Notes under the pieces: model-generated
Told to the model about the DNA's origin: nothing
The model's database searches: none
What the model saw: the letters and a program-made list of their open reading frames with translations, nothing else
From: a virus
Length of the DNA stretch: 64,000 nt
Reading direction: 5' to 3' (one strand)
Virus record (IMG/VR): IMGVR_UViG_3300027747_004417
Shown: piece by piece, positions 35,979-46,326 of the stretch
Layout: every line of letters begins with the position of its first letter
Numbering within the stretch: the first letter of the stretch is position 1
Made by a program: the position numbers and the translations under genes

Positions 35979-38516
35979 ATGCCTGCATGGTCTGATTTTT
36001 TTAAGTTGTTCACGTACGCAAGTGAACAAGATCCTTTATCTAAAGCAAAGGACTCAACGCAACTTCAAGGTGCGGGAATAACTCAACCCGATGCCCTAGG
36101 TATCGACTTCGCAGGCTCAAGCTCAGGCATAAGCCCTAATTTAAGAGAGTCTACTGACTTAATCGACACCACCTCTCTTACTAACCGTGCAATGAGGTAC
36201 AAGGAGTACGAAAGACTAAGAAACGTACCAGAGATTGAAATGGCTATGACCGTTTTCTCAGATGAAGCCTGTGTTGTGGGTGAAACAAAAATCGCAACAC
36301 CATTTGGATTTATTTCAATAAAAGAATTGGCTGAAACAAAGGGAGAAGAAAGATTTTTAGTATATTGTTACGACTTTGAAAAGAATGATTATACTTTAGG
36401 ATGGGCTTTTTCGCCTAGACTCGTAAGAGAGGCGGAAACACTAACAATAATTTTAGACGATGGTTCAACCTTAACTTGTACAAGCGACCATAAGATCTTG
36501 AGAAGAGATGGATCTTGGTGTGAGGCTGGGAAGCTAGAAGAACACGATGAGTTGATGCCATTCTATAGAAAGTCTGCTAATTTCAGACTTACTAAATTGA
36601 AGCAAAAGCAGCATCCAAGAGTATTTACGTTTAAAAAAGGATGGATTCACGAAAGACAGTTTGTAGAAGACTGGAAGTCTGGTCGAACTGACCCAAAGAT
36701 AGAGTTAATGAATAAGGCTATGAGAATGATCGGGGCCGGAATCTCAGTTAGGAAAATAGAATCCTCGACAGAAAGAGACTGGCACACGATAGAAAACTGG
36801 ATGCACTCCGAGGGATTTTCTCACAAGGAAACAAAGCAACTTTACAAACAAAGCGATAAAAGAATAATTGTAGGAATTCACAAGAATGAAAAGAAGCAGC
36901 CCGTCTACGACTTATCTGTAGAGAAACATCAATGCTTTGCTACTGATAGTTTAATAGTACATAATTGTCAAAAAGACGAAACGGGAAGTGTAGTAAAAGT
37001 TCTTACTTCAAACGAAGACGTAAAGCAAGAAGTAGAGTTTTTGTTGCTTCACAGGAAGATGATTAATTTGAATAGAACCGCATGGAGTCTATTCAAAAGC
37101 TTATGCATTTTTGGAGACCTTTTTTTAGAGACAGTAATAAATCCAGATAATCCCAAGGAAGGCATATACAAGACGGTTCCACTTCCACCCGAAACCATGT
37201 ACAGAATAGAAACGGTAAAGGGTAAGCTTATAGAATTTCAGCAGTCAAAAGAGGGACCAGATTATCAAGCTATAATTAGAGGTCCAGCACATGATCTAGA
37301 CTCAAAAGAAGCACAAGGGACTGCTATACGTTTTTCTCCTAGTCAAATAATTCACATGAGGATAGGAGATGATAGAAAAACATTTTACCCTTACGGTCAG
37401 TCTTTGATAGAACCAGCTCGTGGTCCTGCCCACAGCTTAAGACTTTTAGAAGATGCAATGGTAATATACAGATTGACTAGAGCTCCTGAAAGAAGAGTAT
37501 TTTATATCGATGTAGGACAGCTTCCACCGTTTAAAGCAGAAGCATTCCTAGACAGAATAAAAGACCAGTTTAGAAAGCGTAAGGTGGCAAGCAACCGTAG
37601 TACGGGAGCCAATCAAGTAGACGAAAGATGGCAGCCTCCTGCTCAAGACGAAGACTTTTGGCTTCCAACCCGTCCAAACAGTAATACAAGAATAGAAACA
37701 CTTCCAGGAGCTGAAAACCTTGGAGAAATAGACGATGCAATATATTTTAGAAACAAGCTATTAACCGCATTGAACTTTCCCAAAAACTATTTTAACAATG
37801 AAGATCCAAACACAACAAGAATTTCATTGTCTGCTCAAGACGTAAAGTTTGCTAGGATGATAGAGAGGTTACAAAGCAACTTTGAAGATGGCATCTTAGA
37901 GCTAGCAGAGCGACATTTGAAATTAAGAGGCTTCCCTGAAAGTACCTTTCAAGATCTTAAAATAAGAATGACCGCTCCAAGTGATTGGAGAGAGTTGTCT
38001 AGGTCAGAAGTTACCACAGCAAGATACGGTAATGCTGGCACCTTGAAAAGCAGCCAACTTATGTCTGACTTTGATATAATGACAAAAATACTTAAATACG
38101 GAGAAGAAGAGACAGAAGAGATGCTTGCTAGACTGAAGCTACAAAAGTTAGAGGATCTAAAGCTTCAAGTTCTTGCACAGAACCCACAACTTCTTGGCGT
38201 AGGAATACCAGGCCAAGGAGACCAAGGGCAAGAAGTCGGAGCCGGACCTGAAGGTCCGAATAACATGATTAATCCAGACGAAGCCGGTTCCCCAGAATCA
38301 GGATCGGAATCAACTGGGCAAGAGCAACCTGTTGCTGATCAATTATCAGGAAACGAGCCATCGGACCAAAACGTACAAGGTCCTGATCAATCGGCACAAC
38401 CAGTTTCATTAGAAGATCCAACCGATGACGATATTAAGAAGTACGATTTGGAACTTCAGGGATATGAATCAGAACAAGATGTCGAAGACATAGACTACAG
38501 CGTAGGTGAAGGTTGA
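35979..38516 (+). CDS. gp20: portal protein (T4 gp20-like), intein-containing
   Basis: YKEYERL..VPEIE.A, FGD.F, IHMR, RLLEDAMVIYRLTRAPERRVFYIDVGQLP, EDFWLPTR, IETLPGAENLGEIDD..YF..KL..AL..P. Confidence 0.95.
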   Translation: MPAWSDFFKLFTYASEQDPLSKAKDSTQLQGAGITQPDALGIDFAGSSSGISPNLRESTDLIDTTSLTNRAMRYKEYERLRNVPEIEMAMTVFSDEACVVGETKIATPFGFISIKELAETKGEERFLVYCYDFEKNDYTLGWAFSPRLVREAETLTIILDDGSTLTCTSDHKILRRDGSWCEAGKLEEHDELMPFYRKSANFRLTKLKQKQHPRVFTFKKGWIHERQFVEDWKSGRTDPKIELMNKAMRMIGAGISVRKIESSTERDWHTIENWMHSEGFSHKETKQLYKQSDKRIIVGIHKNEKKQPVYDLSVEKHQCFATDSLIVHNCQKDETGSVVKVLTSNEDVKQEVEFLLLHRKMINLNRTAWSLFKSLCIFGDLFLETVINPDNPKEGIYKTVPLPPETMYRIETVKGKLIEFQQSKEGPDYQAIIRGPAHDLDSKEAQGTAIRFSPSQIIHMRIGDDRKTFYPYGQSLIEPARGPAHSLRLLEDAMVIYRLTRAPERRVFYIDVGQLPPFKAEAFLDRIKDQFRKRKVASNRSTGANQVDERWQPPAQDEDFWLPTRPNSNTRIETLPGAENLGEIDDAIYFRNKLLTALNFPKNYFNNEDPNTTRISLSAQDVKFARMIERLQSNFEDGILELAERHLKLRGFPESTFQDLKIRMTAPSDWRELSRSEVTTARYGNAGTLKSSQLMSDFDIMTKILKYGEEETEEMLARLKLQKLEDLKLQVLAQNPQLLGVGIPGQGDQGQEVGAGPEGPNNMINPDEAGSPESGSESTGQEQPVADQLSGNEPSDQNVQGPDQSAQPVSLEDPTDDDIKKYDLELQGYESEQDVEDIDYSVGEG
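36270..36965 (+). mobile_element. intein (232 aa) in portal, lacking a recognisable intact endonuclease
   Basis: Block A CVVGETKIATPFG, block B LTCTSDHKIL, block F VYDLSVEKHQCF, block G IVHN followed by Cys(+1); exteins rejoin as FSDEA-CQKDET. Confidence 0.95.
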
Positions 38517-38752
38517 TAAATTCTTTTCCTAAAATGGCTATAAACAATAAAGTTGTTTTAGAACAGTCAAAAAAGGCTGGGTGCTACTGCTGTTGCAAGA
38601 TTTTTGACTCCTGCGATGTTAAGAACTTTACGGATAATGGCAATACAGGAGTTTGCCCCCATTGCTTGGCTGATTGTTTAATAGGAGACTTTTCTATCAC
38701 TTTAGAAGAGTCCATCCTGAAGAAAGCAAAACAATTTTGGTTTGGAGGATGA
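38513..38752 (+). CDS. small Cys-rich Zn-binding protein
   Basis: AGCYCCCKIF...TGVCPHC.ADCLIGD. Confidence 0.7.
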   Translation: MINSFPKMAINNKVVLEQSKKAGCYCCCKIFDSCDVKNFTDNGNTGVCPHCLADCLIGDFSITLEESILKKAKQFWFGG

Positions 38753-38950
38753 ATGTCTCACGAGGAAGATGCCTTTAAAAAACTTCAAGACTGGCTACAA
38801 GAAACAACAAATAATTCACAATATAGTTTACTTTTGGATAAATTTGATGAAGCTTCTTTAGACTTAGTAAAAGAAGCTTTCTTGTCCGGGTTTGATGCCG
38901 GAAGAGCTCGTAGGAATAAAGACAATTGGGATTTATGGAATCAAAAGTAA
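38753..38950 (+). CDS. hypothetical protein
   Basis: 65 aa, GGAGG RBS. Confidence 0.6.
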   Translation: MSHEEDAFKKLQDWLQETTNNSQYSLLLDKFDEASLDLVKEAFLSGFDAGRARRNKDNWDLWNQK

Positions 38951-39337
38951 TCAGACTGCATCGGCGGAGTTCGTAGAAACAACATCTGAATTTCCTGCGT
39001 CCAAGTCGCCCAGACCTTTACTTATAGATCTTCCTATCTTTTGGCCCGCTCTTCTTATGCCAGGAATAGTCTCTTTGAGGCTTTCTATGTCATGTTGGGA
39101 GAGTATTTCATCTACTTGGTCTTTTACATCTGGCACCGAGTTTGTTATGTTTTTGAGCCAACTTATTGCTACATTTGGTCTTGAACCAAGTACGAGTTCG
39201 AAGGCTTCTATGACGGCATCGAATGCAGCCTGGGACTTTGCGTCTAGGTTCAAAGAACTTGATCCACCGAGCATTTGTTTGCCCACATTTAAGGCGGAAA
39301 CTTCTTTGAGCTTTATGTAGTCCGCAAATTTTTTCAT
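38951..39337 (-). CDS. protein with capsid-targeting-like N-terminus
   Basis: Start moved to ATG 39337 (AGGAGAG RBS): MKKFADYIKLKE. Confidence 0.7.
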   Translation of the reverse strand: MKKFADYIKLKEVSALNVGKQMLGGSSSLNLDAKSQAAFDAVIEAFELVLGSRPNVAISWLKNITNSVPDVKDQVDEILSQHDIESLKETIPGIRRAGQKIGRSISKGLGDLDAGNSDVVSTNSADAV

Positions 39338-39476
39338 TTTAACTCTCCTATTTTTAGCTTTTGGTGCATAACTATATATCAGAGATTTCAAAATATTGAG
39401 TTGTAAAAATTTTTTCGGATTTTTATATATAACTCATTAGGACTAATAAAACAAAACACAGGGAGTCAATTGACCT

Positions 39477-41315
39477 ATGAAAAGAAAACTAATCAGCTTT
39501 GATGTCTTCAAGAAAATAGAAGGCCAGTCATTAACAAATGCCGAAAGAGAGTTGGCAGAAGCACAGGACCTCTTGGCAGAAGTGCTAGGTTTAGAATTCC
39601 TAGAGCTTTACACATTCGGTGAGTCAGACGTAACTTATGAGACTCCCGATGGAACTTACATACACGCTACTTATACCATTAAAGACGACAATATAATTCT
39701 AGAAAACATAGAGCAACTGGTGGTAGACGAAGAAGGTGAAAAGAATAGCTCCCGTGAACTAGTTGCCAAAATGGTTGATTCAATCGTTGAAGGAAAAGAA
39801 CTAGAAGCAACCCAAAAGTTTGAACAATATATTAATTCTTCTTATGTTAAGAGATCATTAACAGAAGCAGCTTGGACATTTACTGCATCAAAGCCCACTG
39901 GAAAAAGAAGCAAGTTGGCCCACAAACGCAGAAACAGATCAGCTGTTGCCAAGGGTGTTAGATCCAGACTTAGGACTCTAAGATCACTTTCACCAAGCCA
40001 AAAAAGGCAGAATGCACTTAGATCCGCAAGACTAAAGAAGAAGCTAGGATCTACAACCAACAAGCGTGCTAGAGTTTACGCTAGAAAAGTCAAGAAGCAG
40101 CTCAAAGAGTGGTCAACTCTCTGTGAAAATGTTTTAGGTTATATCGACTATAAGGAATTCGGCCCAGTAGCCAAAGAAACATTGGTTAGAAAAGACGAAA
40201 ACGGCGGCATCTCATCAGTTGCTATGCCAACTCTACAGAAGAGAAATGAAGGCAAGATTCTTTCTTTCAACTGGAAGACTTTGGATACAGATGTTAAGGT
40301 TCTTCGCGGAAAAATGAAGGATCTCAAAGAAGATGCAAACTTTGCAAGAGCTATGGCCGACCTCAAGAGATACAACAATGTATCAGACAATCAGTCTCTT
40401 GAAGAGACCCTAGAAGCAATTGTAGCCCGTTGGCCTGACCTAGTTTACGTTACAGAAGCAGAACTAGCATCACAGATATCACAAGCACTAGAAGTTGCTA
40501 ATGTAAAGAATTTTGATGATCAGACCTGCTCATTCATGGCAGAGGCCATTCTTAGAACCGCTCATCATGTTTACACAGACAAGGTTCAAAAGATAGCCGA
40601 TCTTGCTGGCACAACCGAAGATATCACATCAGAATGCAAAGAATGTGAAGATGCTTATGCATCATTCAAGCAAGTTGCAGAGTCTTTATACGCTAATCTA
40701 GATGAATCTGAGTCAACTGATCTAAGAGTATTCGCAGATTTACTAAAGGCTCTTCGTGAAGTTCACGAACTAGCAACAGAGACCCAAGAGCAAGAGATTG
40801 TTCAAGATGTAGAAGATCTAATGGGTCAATGCATATCAGTGTTGAATAAAGAAATACAGCCAGAAGATGCTCTTGCTGAAGAAGTAGCAGAGTATATTAA
40901 CAGTCTTGTTGAGTCCAATGTTGATGGCTCTTCACAAGATTGGGACGTTGTTACAGCACCTCATCACACCGTGGTAGGAGACCACCCTGTATTGAGCAAG
41001 AATGCTAAGGTTGATGGTGCTCCTTCTAATCACCCTGGCGACTGGAAGAGTCCAGCACCAGTAAGCGACGGAAAGAGCTACGATGGAAGTCTAGATGATG
41101 AAATGCAGAATAACGGATGGGGAAACATCTCCACCGGTAGCACATATCCAGAACTAGACAATCCATACATCCTTAAGTCCGGTGACTTTAAGATGAGGGA
41201 GAAATCTGTTGTAGATGACAACGATTTGTTGGCTCAAGATCAATCAGATGATACTTGGCCTAACCTAAGCAACCCCTATTCTCCTAAGGCAGCAAACCCC
41301 AAAGACGTTGAGTAA
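39477..41315 (+). CDS. prohead core protein (positional analogue of T4 gp67/gp68)
   Basis: 612 aa, acidic/helical with a basic Arg/Lys segment, lying between portal and prohead protease. Confidence 0.6.
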   Translation: MKRKLISFDVFKKIEGQSLTNAERELAEAQDLLAEVLGLEFLELYTFGESDVTYETPDGTYIHATYTIKDDNIILENIEQLVVDEEGEKNSSRELVAKMVDSIVEGKELEATQKFEQYINSSYVKRSLTEAAWTFTASKPTGKRSKLAHKRRNRSAVAKGVRSRLRTLRSLSPSQKRQNALRSARLKKKLGSTTNKRARVYARKVKKQLKEWSTLCENVLGYIDYKEFGPVAKETLVRKDENGGISSVAMPTLQKRNEGKILSFNWKTLDTDVKVLRGKMKDLKEDANFARAMADLKRYNNVSDNQSLEETLEAIVARWPDLVYVTEAELASQISQALEVANVKNFDDQTCSFMAEAILRTAHHVYTDKVQKIADLAGTTEDITSECKECEDAYASFKQVAESLYANLDESESTDLRVFADLLKALREVHELATETQEQEIVQDVEDLMGQCISVLNKEIQPEDALAEEVAEYINSLVESNVDGSSQDWDVVTAPHHTVVGDHPVLSKNAKVDGAPSNHPGDWKSPAPVSDGKSYDGSLDDEMQNNGWGNISTGSTYPELDNPYILKSGDFKMREKSVVDDNDLLAQDQSDDTWPNLSNPYSPKAANPKDVE

Positions 41316-41326
41316 TAGGAGGTTCA

Positions 41327-42013
41327 ATGGAAACAAAACAAATTTTATTTGTAGACAGTTGTGATCATTCTGGATTTACCCTAAGTCTTAATGAATCTGC
41401 AGACAGCGGATTAACAAGATTTAGAGGCAAATTCCAAGAGGCAGAAGCTGTTAATAAAAACAAAAGAAAATACCCTTATGGTGTTCTAGATGAAAACGTT
41501 AAGAAATTAAAACCTATCATCGAAGCCAGAGGTCTAGTTGGAGAACTAGATCATCCAGCAGACAGCATAATACATTTTGAAAAATGCTCCCATATAATTA
41601 CTAAGTTATGGTGGGAAGGCAATAGTCTCATGGGAGAAGGCGAAATTCTTAATACACCTCATGGTAAAATACTAAAAAGTTTACTTAATGATGGTGTAAG
41701 AATAGGAATTAGCAGCCGTGGCGTAGGCAACGGTCGCAATGATGAGAATGGAATCTTAGTAATTGGAGAAAGCTACAAGTTGATAACGTTCGACGCCGTT
41801 GCTGATCCAAGTACCCACTCTGCTTTCCAGGAGAAAGTGGTAGGAAGAAAAGAAAGCTACGACCAAAAAGGTACAAGAACAGCAGATTTAGAAAATAATT
41901 CTGTAAAAAACGATGTTAGCTGCATACATAAGGTTAACAAAGAAGCTCTTGTTGCTTGCTTGGGCGGAATTATTGAACAAAAAACATATAACTTAAAAGC
42001 GAGGTTAGGCTAA
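41327..42013 (+). CDS. gp21: prohead protease (T4 gp21-like)
   Basis: AEAVNKNKRKYP, GELDHP, LNTPHGKI, GISSRGVG, ITFDAVADPS. Confidence 0.95.
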   Translation: METKQILFVDSCDHSGFTLSLNESADSGLTRFRGKFQEAEAVNKNKRKYPYGVLDENVKKLKPIIEARGLVGELDHPADSIIHFEKCSHIITKLWWEGNSLMGEGEILNTPHGKILKSLLNDGVRIGISSRGVGNGRNDENGILVIGESYKLITFDAVADPSTHSAFQEKVVGRKESYDQKGTRTADLENNSVKNDVSCIHKVNKEALVACLGGIIEQKTYNLKARLG

Positions 42014-42909
42014 TGGAAAAGATTGTAGAAGCACTTAAAAAACTCTTACCCGAATCTGAAATCAACGAGGTATCATCAGCAGTTCAAGACATGCTAGATC
42101 AAGCAAAGTCAAGTCTAGAGGTTGAATTCAATGAAAAACTTGAAGAGGCCTATGCCGAGCTTTCTAGTGAAATAGCTGAAGCCGAAAAGATTGCAGAAAA
42201 GGGCTACGAAGAAGCATATTCAATTATTGCTGATCTTCGTAATCGTTTAGAAATTCAAGGTGAGGAATTCAAGTCCGCACTTGAAGAAGGATACGAAGAA
42301 GCATATCAAATGCTCAAGCAAGAAAAAGAAAAGAATCAAAAGCTTGAAGTCGAAATGTACGAAGAGTACGACAAAAAGCTTGCTGATATGAAGGAATATA
42401 TTGTTGACAAAGTTGACCAGTTCCTACAACTAAAGGGACAAGACATTTATGAACAAGCCAAGCGTGACGTAATCAACGACCCACGTATGGTTGAGCATAA
42501 AGTTGCTCTCGATAAGATTGTAGACATAACTGCCAACTACCTCTCGGACGAAGATTTTGCAGCTGTCTCTTCTTCTAAGCTAGAAGAAGCAACTAAGGCG
42601 GTCGAAGAAATGAAGGCCCAACTTAGAATAATGGAAGCTCGCAACATCAGGATCTCAACGGAAAACACTAAGCTTACTGAGGCTGTTCGTCAGGCTCAGG
42701 AAGTAATAAGTGAGAGCAGAAACGTTGTAGCAAAGACCAAAAAGGAAGCCGTGGTCAACGAACAGAAAGAAAGAACTGAAAAAGCAACGAATGTAACGGG
42801 GAGAGGAAAGACAGAAGACGGTGAAGTCATATCGGAATATGCCGCACCACAAAGTGACGCTGGTATGGATCAATTGTTGGTCCTATCAGGTCTAAAACAG
42901 GCTCAATAA
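42013..42909 (+). CDS. gp22: prohead scaffolding protein (T4 gp22-like)
   Basis: Glu-rich coiled coil directly between protease and MCP. Confidence 0.85.
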   Translation: MEKIVEALKKLLPESEINEVSSAVQDMLDQAKSSLEVEFNEKLEEAYAELSSEIAEAEKIAEKGYEEAYSIIADLRNRLEIQGEEFKSALEEGYEEAYQMLKQEKEKNQKLEVEMYEEYDKKLADMKEYIVDKVDQFLQLKGQDIYEQAKRDVINDPRMVEHKVALDKIVDITANYLSDEDFAAVSSSKLEEATKAVEEMKAQLRIMEARNIRISTENTKLTEAVRQAQEVISESRNVVAKTKKEAVVNEQKERTEKATNVTGRGKTEDGEVISEYAAPQSDAGMDQLLVLSGLKQAQ

Positions 42910-42940
42910 CTTATAACTCATTAGTTAAAAAAAGGAAAAT

Positions 42941-44374
42941 ATGAACGCAAATGCACAGTTTTTGAATGAGGCTAAAGAGTTAGAAGCTCGCTGGGCACAG
43001 ACAGGTCTCCTCGAAGGTATCAAAGACCGTTATGTTCGCAATGCCACAGCAGTTCTACTCGAAAACCAGAGACTAATGAACGAGAACAGCACCGACTCAG
43101 GTGACGTTGCTCAGTTCAAGAGAATCTCAATCCCACTAGTTCGCAGAATTTACCCACAGCTTATCGCTAACAAGATCGTCAGCGTTCAGCCACTTCTCGG
43201 ACCAACGGGACTAGTCTATTACTTAAGATTCCGTTACGGCAGCAACAAGGGTGCAACCCGTGGTGCTGACAAGCTCGGATTCCCAGGTGATGACGCCAAC
43301 AGCTTGATGCAAAGAGCTGATGGTACAGCCAATTTGGACATCTTCTACAGCAGCCAATTCGTACAGAATGAAACATCCAACACCGAAGCCGGTGCTGGCA
43401 CATCTGTAACATTCGACCCAGTTGAGCACACTCCAGTTTTAGCTGGAACAATCACTGGTACAGTTTACGTTGGTGCAGTAGCTGTACAAACATTCGTTGT
43501 CTCAGCAAGTGGAACATTCACTTTCACAAGCATCGGATCACCATCGGTAAGAGCAACAGCAGGTTCAGTAAACCTCACAACAGGTGAGATTTCACTAACC
43601 TACAACTCAGCCCCAGGCAACAATCACTTTGTCGCCAGCTATGAGTATAACATGGAATGCAATCAAGATCTTCCAGAAATCAACCTCGTTGTTGAATCAG
43701 AAGAAATTGCAGCCAAGACTCGTAAGCTAAAGGCTGTATGGAGCTACGAAGCACAGCAAGACCTCCGCTCACAGCACAATCTCGATGCTGAAGCTGAGCT
43801 CACAGCTGTTCTAGCTCAAGAAATCAATCTTGAAATCGACCGTGAAGTTCTAACCGATCTTCGCAACAATGCTGGTACAGTATCAGCTTGGGACTTCAAC
43901 ACCGCCCTTGGTGACACGATCAAGGAAAAGTATGAATCCCTCTACGTCAAGGTTGTCGAAATCAGCAACGTCATTCATCGTAAGACATTGCGTGGTGGTG
44001 CAAACTGGCTCGTAACCAGCCCTGAAGTTGCTTCAATCTTCGAAACAGCAACAGCAGGTTTCGCACCAGCCCCAAGTGAGACTTTCACAAGCTCACTCGG
44101 CGTTCAGTATGTTGGTACTGTCAACAACAGATGGAGACTCTACAAGGATCCATTGTTCCCAAGCAATCAAGTATTGATGGGATATAAGGGTGACAGCTAT
44201 ATGGACAGCGGATACTTCTACTGCCCATACGTACCACTCACACAGACACCAGTTGTCCTCGACCCAGAATCCTTCTGCCCACGCAAGGGAATCTTGACTC
44301 GATACGGAAAGAAATTATTAAGGGAAGGAAGCAAATTCTACGCAAGATTGAGTATCGCTAATTTCATAATATGA
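42941..44374 (+). CDS. gp23: major capsid protein (T4 gp23-like)
   Basis: TAVLLENQ, IPLVRRIYPQLIA, VQPLLGPTGLVYYLRF, AKTRKLKAVWS.EAQQDL, EINLEIDRE, FYCPYVPL, TRYG. Confidence 0.97.
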   Translation: MNANAQFLNEAKELEARWAQTGLLEGIKDRYVRNATAVLLENQRLMNENSTDSGDVAQFKRISIPLVRRIYPQLIANKIVSVQPLLGPTGLVYYLRFRYGSNKGATRGADKLGFPGDDANSLMQRADGTANLDIFYSSQFVQNETSNTEAGAGTSVTFDPVEHTPVLAGTITGTVYVGAVAVQTFVVSASGTFTFTSIGSPSVRATAGSVNLTTGEISLTYNSAPGNNHFVASYEYNMECNQDLPEINLVVESEEIAAKTRKLKAVWSYEAQQDLRSQHNLDAEAELTAVLAQEINLEIDREVLTDLRNNAGTVSAWDFNTALGDTIKEKYESLYVKVVEISNVIHRKTLRGGANWLVTSPEVASIFETATAGFAPAPSETFTSSLGVQYVGTVNNRWRLYKDPLFPSNQVLMGYKGDSYMDSGYFYCPYVPLTQTPVVLDPESFCPRKGILTRYGKKLLREGSKFYARLSIANFII

Positions 44375-44394
44375 AATTAATTTAATCGCAAACT

Positions 44395-44426
44395 AAACCT
44401 CGACTGGAAACAGTCGAGGTTTTTTT
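44395..44426 (+). terminator. intrinsic terminator after major capsid gene
   Basis: AAACCTCGACTG-GAAA-CAGTCGAGGTTT then TTTT. Confidence 0.9.
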
Positions 44427-44468
44427 GTACACTTTGATATTGAAACTCACGCATGAATAGGAGGCTTT

Positions 44469-45284
44469 ATGCCTAGTGGCGGACACAATAAGTTCTCTTA
44501 CCAGACCGTTAGATCCATTATTGAATCTCATGGATTTGTCCTGTTAGAAAAAGATTATGTGAACAACAATGAGAAAATTCGAGTGATTTGTATTTGTGGT
44601 AATGAGACAGAAATGAGGTTGTGCGATATAAAACGAGGAAGAAAATGTCAAAAATACTGTTTGGCCAAATCTAATTCGATAAGATTCAAAACCAAAGATG
44701 AAGAAATAAAAAAAATATGCAAAGATAATGGATGTACTTTTGTTAAGTCCTGGATTCAAAGCAAAAAAACTAGAATAAAGTACATCTGCAAATGTGGTAG
44801 AGAATGGGAGGCATATTTATGCAACTTTAAAAAATGTCCCAATTGTAAAAAGTGTGGGAATGCAAAAGTCTCTGGCGATAATTGTTATATGTACGATCCT
44901 GATAGAGATGCTGTTAAATTAAGAAAAAGATTCCGTAAAATGTGCGGTCAATATATTAAAAGATTTATGGAGGCAACAGGACAGTTTAAAACACGTCACA
45001 CCCATGAATTATTAGGTTATACGCCTCAGCAACTACAAGAGCACATACTAAACCACCCTGATTATAATGCCCTTAAAGACGAAGATTGGCACGTTGATCA
45101 TATAATGCCAATCCAGGCTTTTTTAGACCATGGAATATTGGATTTAAAAGTGATTAATGCTTTAGAAAATCTTAGACCAATGAAGGGATTTGAAAACTTA
45201 TCAAAGGCAGATGAATACTCTGAAGAAGAATTTAAGAATAAATATATCAATACGACAATAAAAACGGCTCCTAAGTTTCCTTAG
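44469..45284 (+). CDS. free-standing HNH homing endonuclease with N-terminal Cys/Zn repeats
   Basis: WHVDHIMPI...INALENLRPM...ENLSK; two repeats ICICG..CQKYC and YICKCG..CPNCKKC; GGAGG RBS. Confidence 0.85.
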   Translation: MPSGGHNKFSYQTVRSIIESHGFVLLEKDYVNNNEKIRVICICGNETEMRLCDIKRGRKCQKYCLAKSNSIRFKTKDEEIKKICKDNGCTFVKSWIQSKKTRIKYICKCGREWEAYLCNFKKCPNCKKCGNAKVSGDNCYMYDPDRDAVKLRKRFRKMCGQYIKRFMEATGQFKTRHTHELLGYTPQQLQEHILNHPDYNALKDEDWHVDHIMPIQAFLDHGILDLKVINALENLRPMKGFENLSKADEYSEEEFKNKYINTTIKTAPKFP

Positions 45285-45317
45285 GAGCCGTTCTCAAAAT
45301 CATCTATAATAACTTAT

Positions 45318-45908
45318 TTAGCATTTAATGATATAGTTTAAGACTGCGAATGGTTGCATGTTGTTATGGGCAGTGCCACTACCAGCATTATTAATGCTTA
45401 GTGCAACAGGTGCAGCATATATATTGGGTTCTACGGCTGATGCATCAACATCAACCGCCGTATTTTGTCCGTCTGCTTTGATTAGACCCACCGTTCCTCC
45501 CACTGCGTTGGAAGTATGCGTGTGGCTTGGCATCTCGCCGGTTGTGAGCGTGTGAGTTTCTTCTCCTCCTGTAGCTCCCATAGCTCTTGACGTTAACCCA
45601 GCTCCACTTCCTTGTCCGACTATTGCTCTTCCTGATAGATTAGGCAGGTTGAATGTTGTGCTTCCATTTCCTACTCCGTAGGTGGTCCCAACTACTGAAA
45701 ACAAATCTGCGTAATCTTCTCTGCTGACTGCTTGACCAACGCAATTTAGCCATCCTTTAGGGGCATTGCTTGATCCGTAGGCTAATACCGCTCCAACTGG
45801 AACTAGTAGCTCTGGAAGTAGGTTTTCTTCCCTGACTAATGAATTCTGTATCTTCCTTCTTAATTCTTCTACTGAACCGGGTCCGGTTCCTTCTGTAGTT
45901 TGTGTCAT
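45318..45908 (-). CDS. phage tail-collar domain protein
   Basis: VPVGAVLAYG...APKGWLNCVGQAVSR.DYADLFSVVGTTYG.GNGSTTFNLPNLSGR; ends AHNNMQPFAVLNYIIK. Confidence 0.92.
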   Translation of the reverse strand: MTQTTEGTGPGSVEELRRKIQNSLVREENLLPELLVPVGAVLAYGSSNAPKGWLNCVGQAVSREDYADLFSVVGTTYGVGNGSTTFNLPNLSGRAIVGQGSGAGLTSRAMGATGGEETHTLTTGEMPSHTHTSNAVGGTVGLIKADGQNTAVDVDASAVEPNIYAAPVALSINNAGSGTAHNNMQPFAVLNYIIKC

Positions 45909-45930
45909 AAAACTCCTTTTTTAAAAACAA

Positions 45931-46326
45931 TCAAACAAACGCTACTACTCTAAATTTCTTTCCAGTTGTTACTGTAACTACTACGTTAGTTAAAGTATGT
46001 GTGCCCTCAGAGACCATGTATGCACCAGTTGTAGCTACGTTGGTATCTGTTGGGTAGACTAGAACTAAAGATGGTTCAACTCCTAATCCGTGTGCTACGT
46101 TTTGAGCAGCCCCAGTGCCTGTTAATTCTGTTGACTTGAATACTTTCATTTTAGCGACTGTAACTGCTCCAGCAGCTATTTTAGATGTTGAAACTGCTCC
46201 ATCATCTACATCTGAATTTACCACTGTACTTGGTGGTATGTTTACGCTTTTAACCACTCCATTGAAAATTCTTGGGAGCACTCTTTCTACTGCTCCTGGT
46301 CCTGTTCCCTCAGTTGTTTGTGTCAT
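45931..46326 (-). CDS. small structural protein sharing N-terminal peptide with tail-collar protein
   Basis: MTQTTEGTGPGAVE; GAVSTSKIAAGAVT repeat; HGLGVEPSLV. Confidence 0.7.
   Translation of the reverse strand: MTQTTEGTGPGAVERVLPRIFNGVVKSVNIPPSTVVNSDVDDGAVSTSKIAAGAVTVAKMKVFKSTELTGTGAAQNVAHGLGVEPSLVLVYPTDTNVATTGAYMVSEGTHTLTNVVVTVTTGKKFRVVAFV

Noticed and set aside
44375-45284. Group I intron splitting the capsid gene
   Set aside because: MCP reads to a natural-looking C-terminus followed by a terminator; no downstream exon or intron core found
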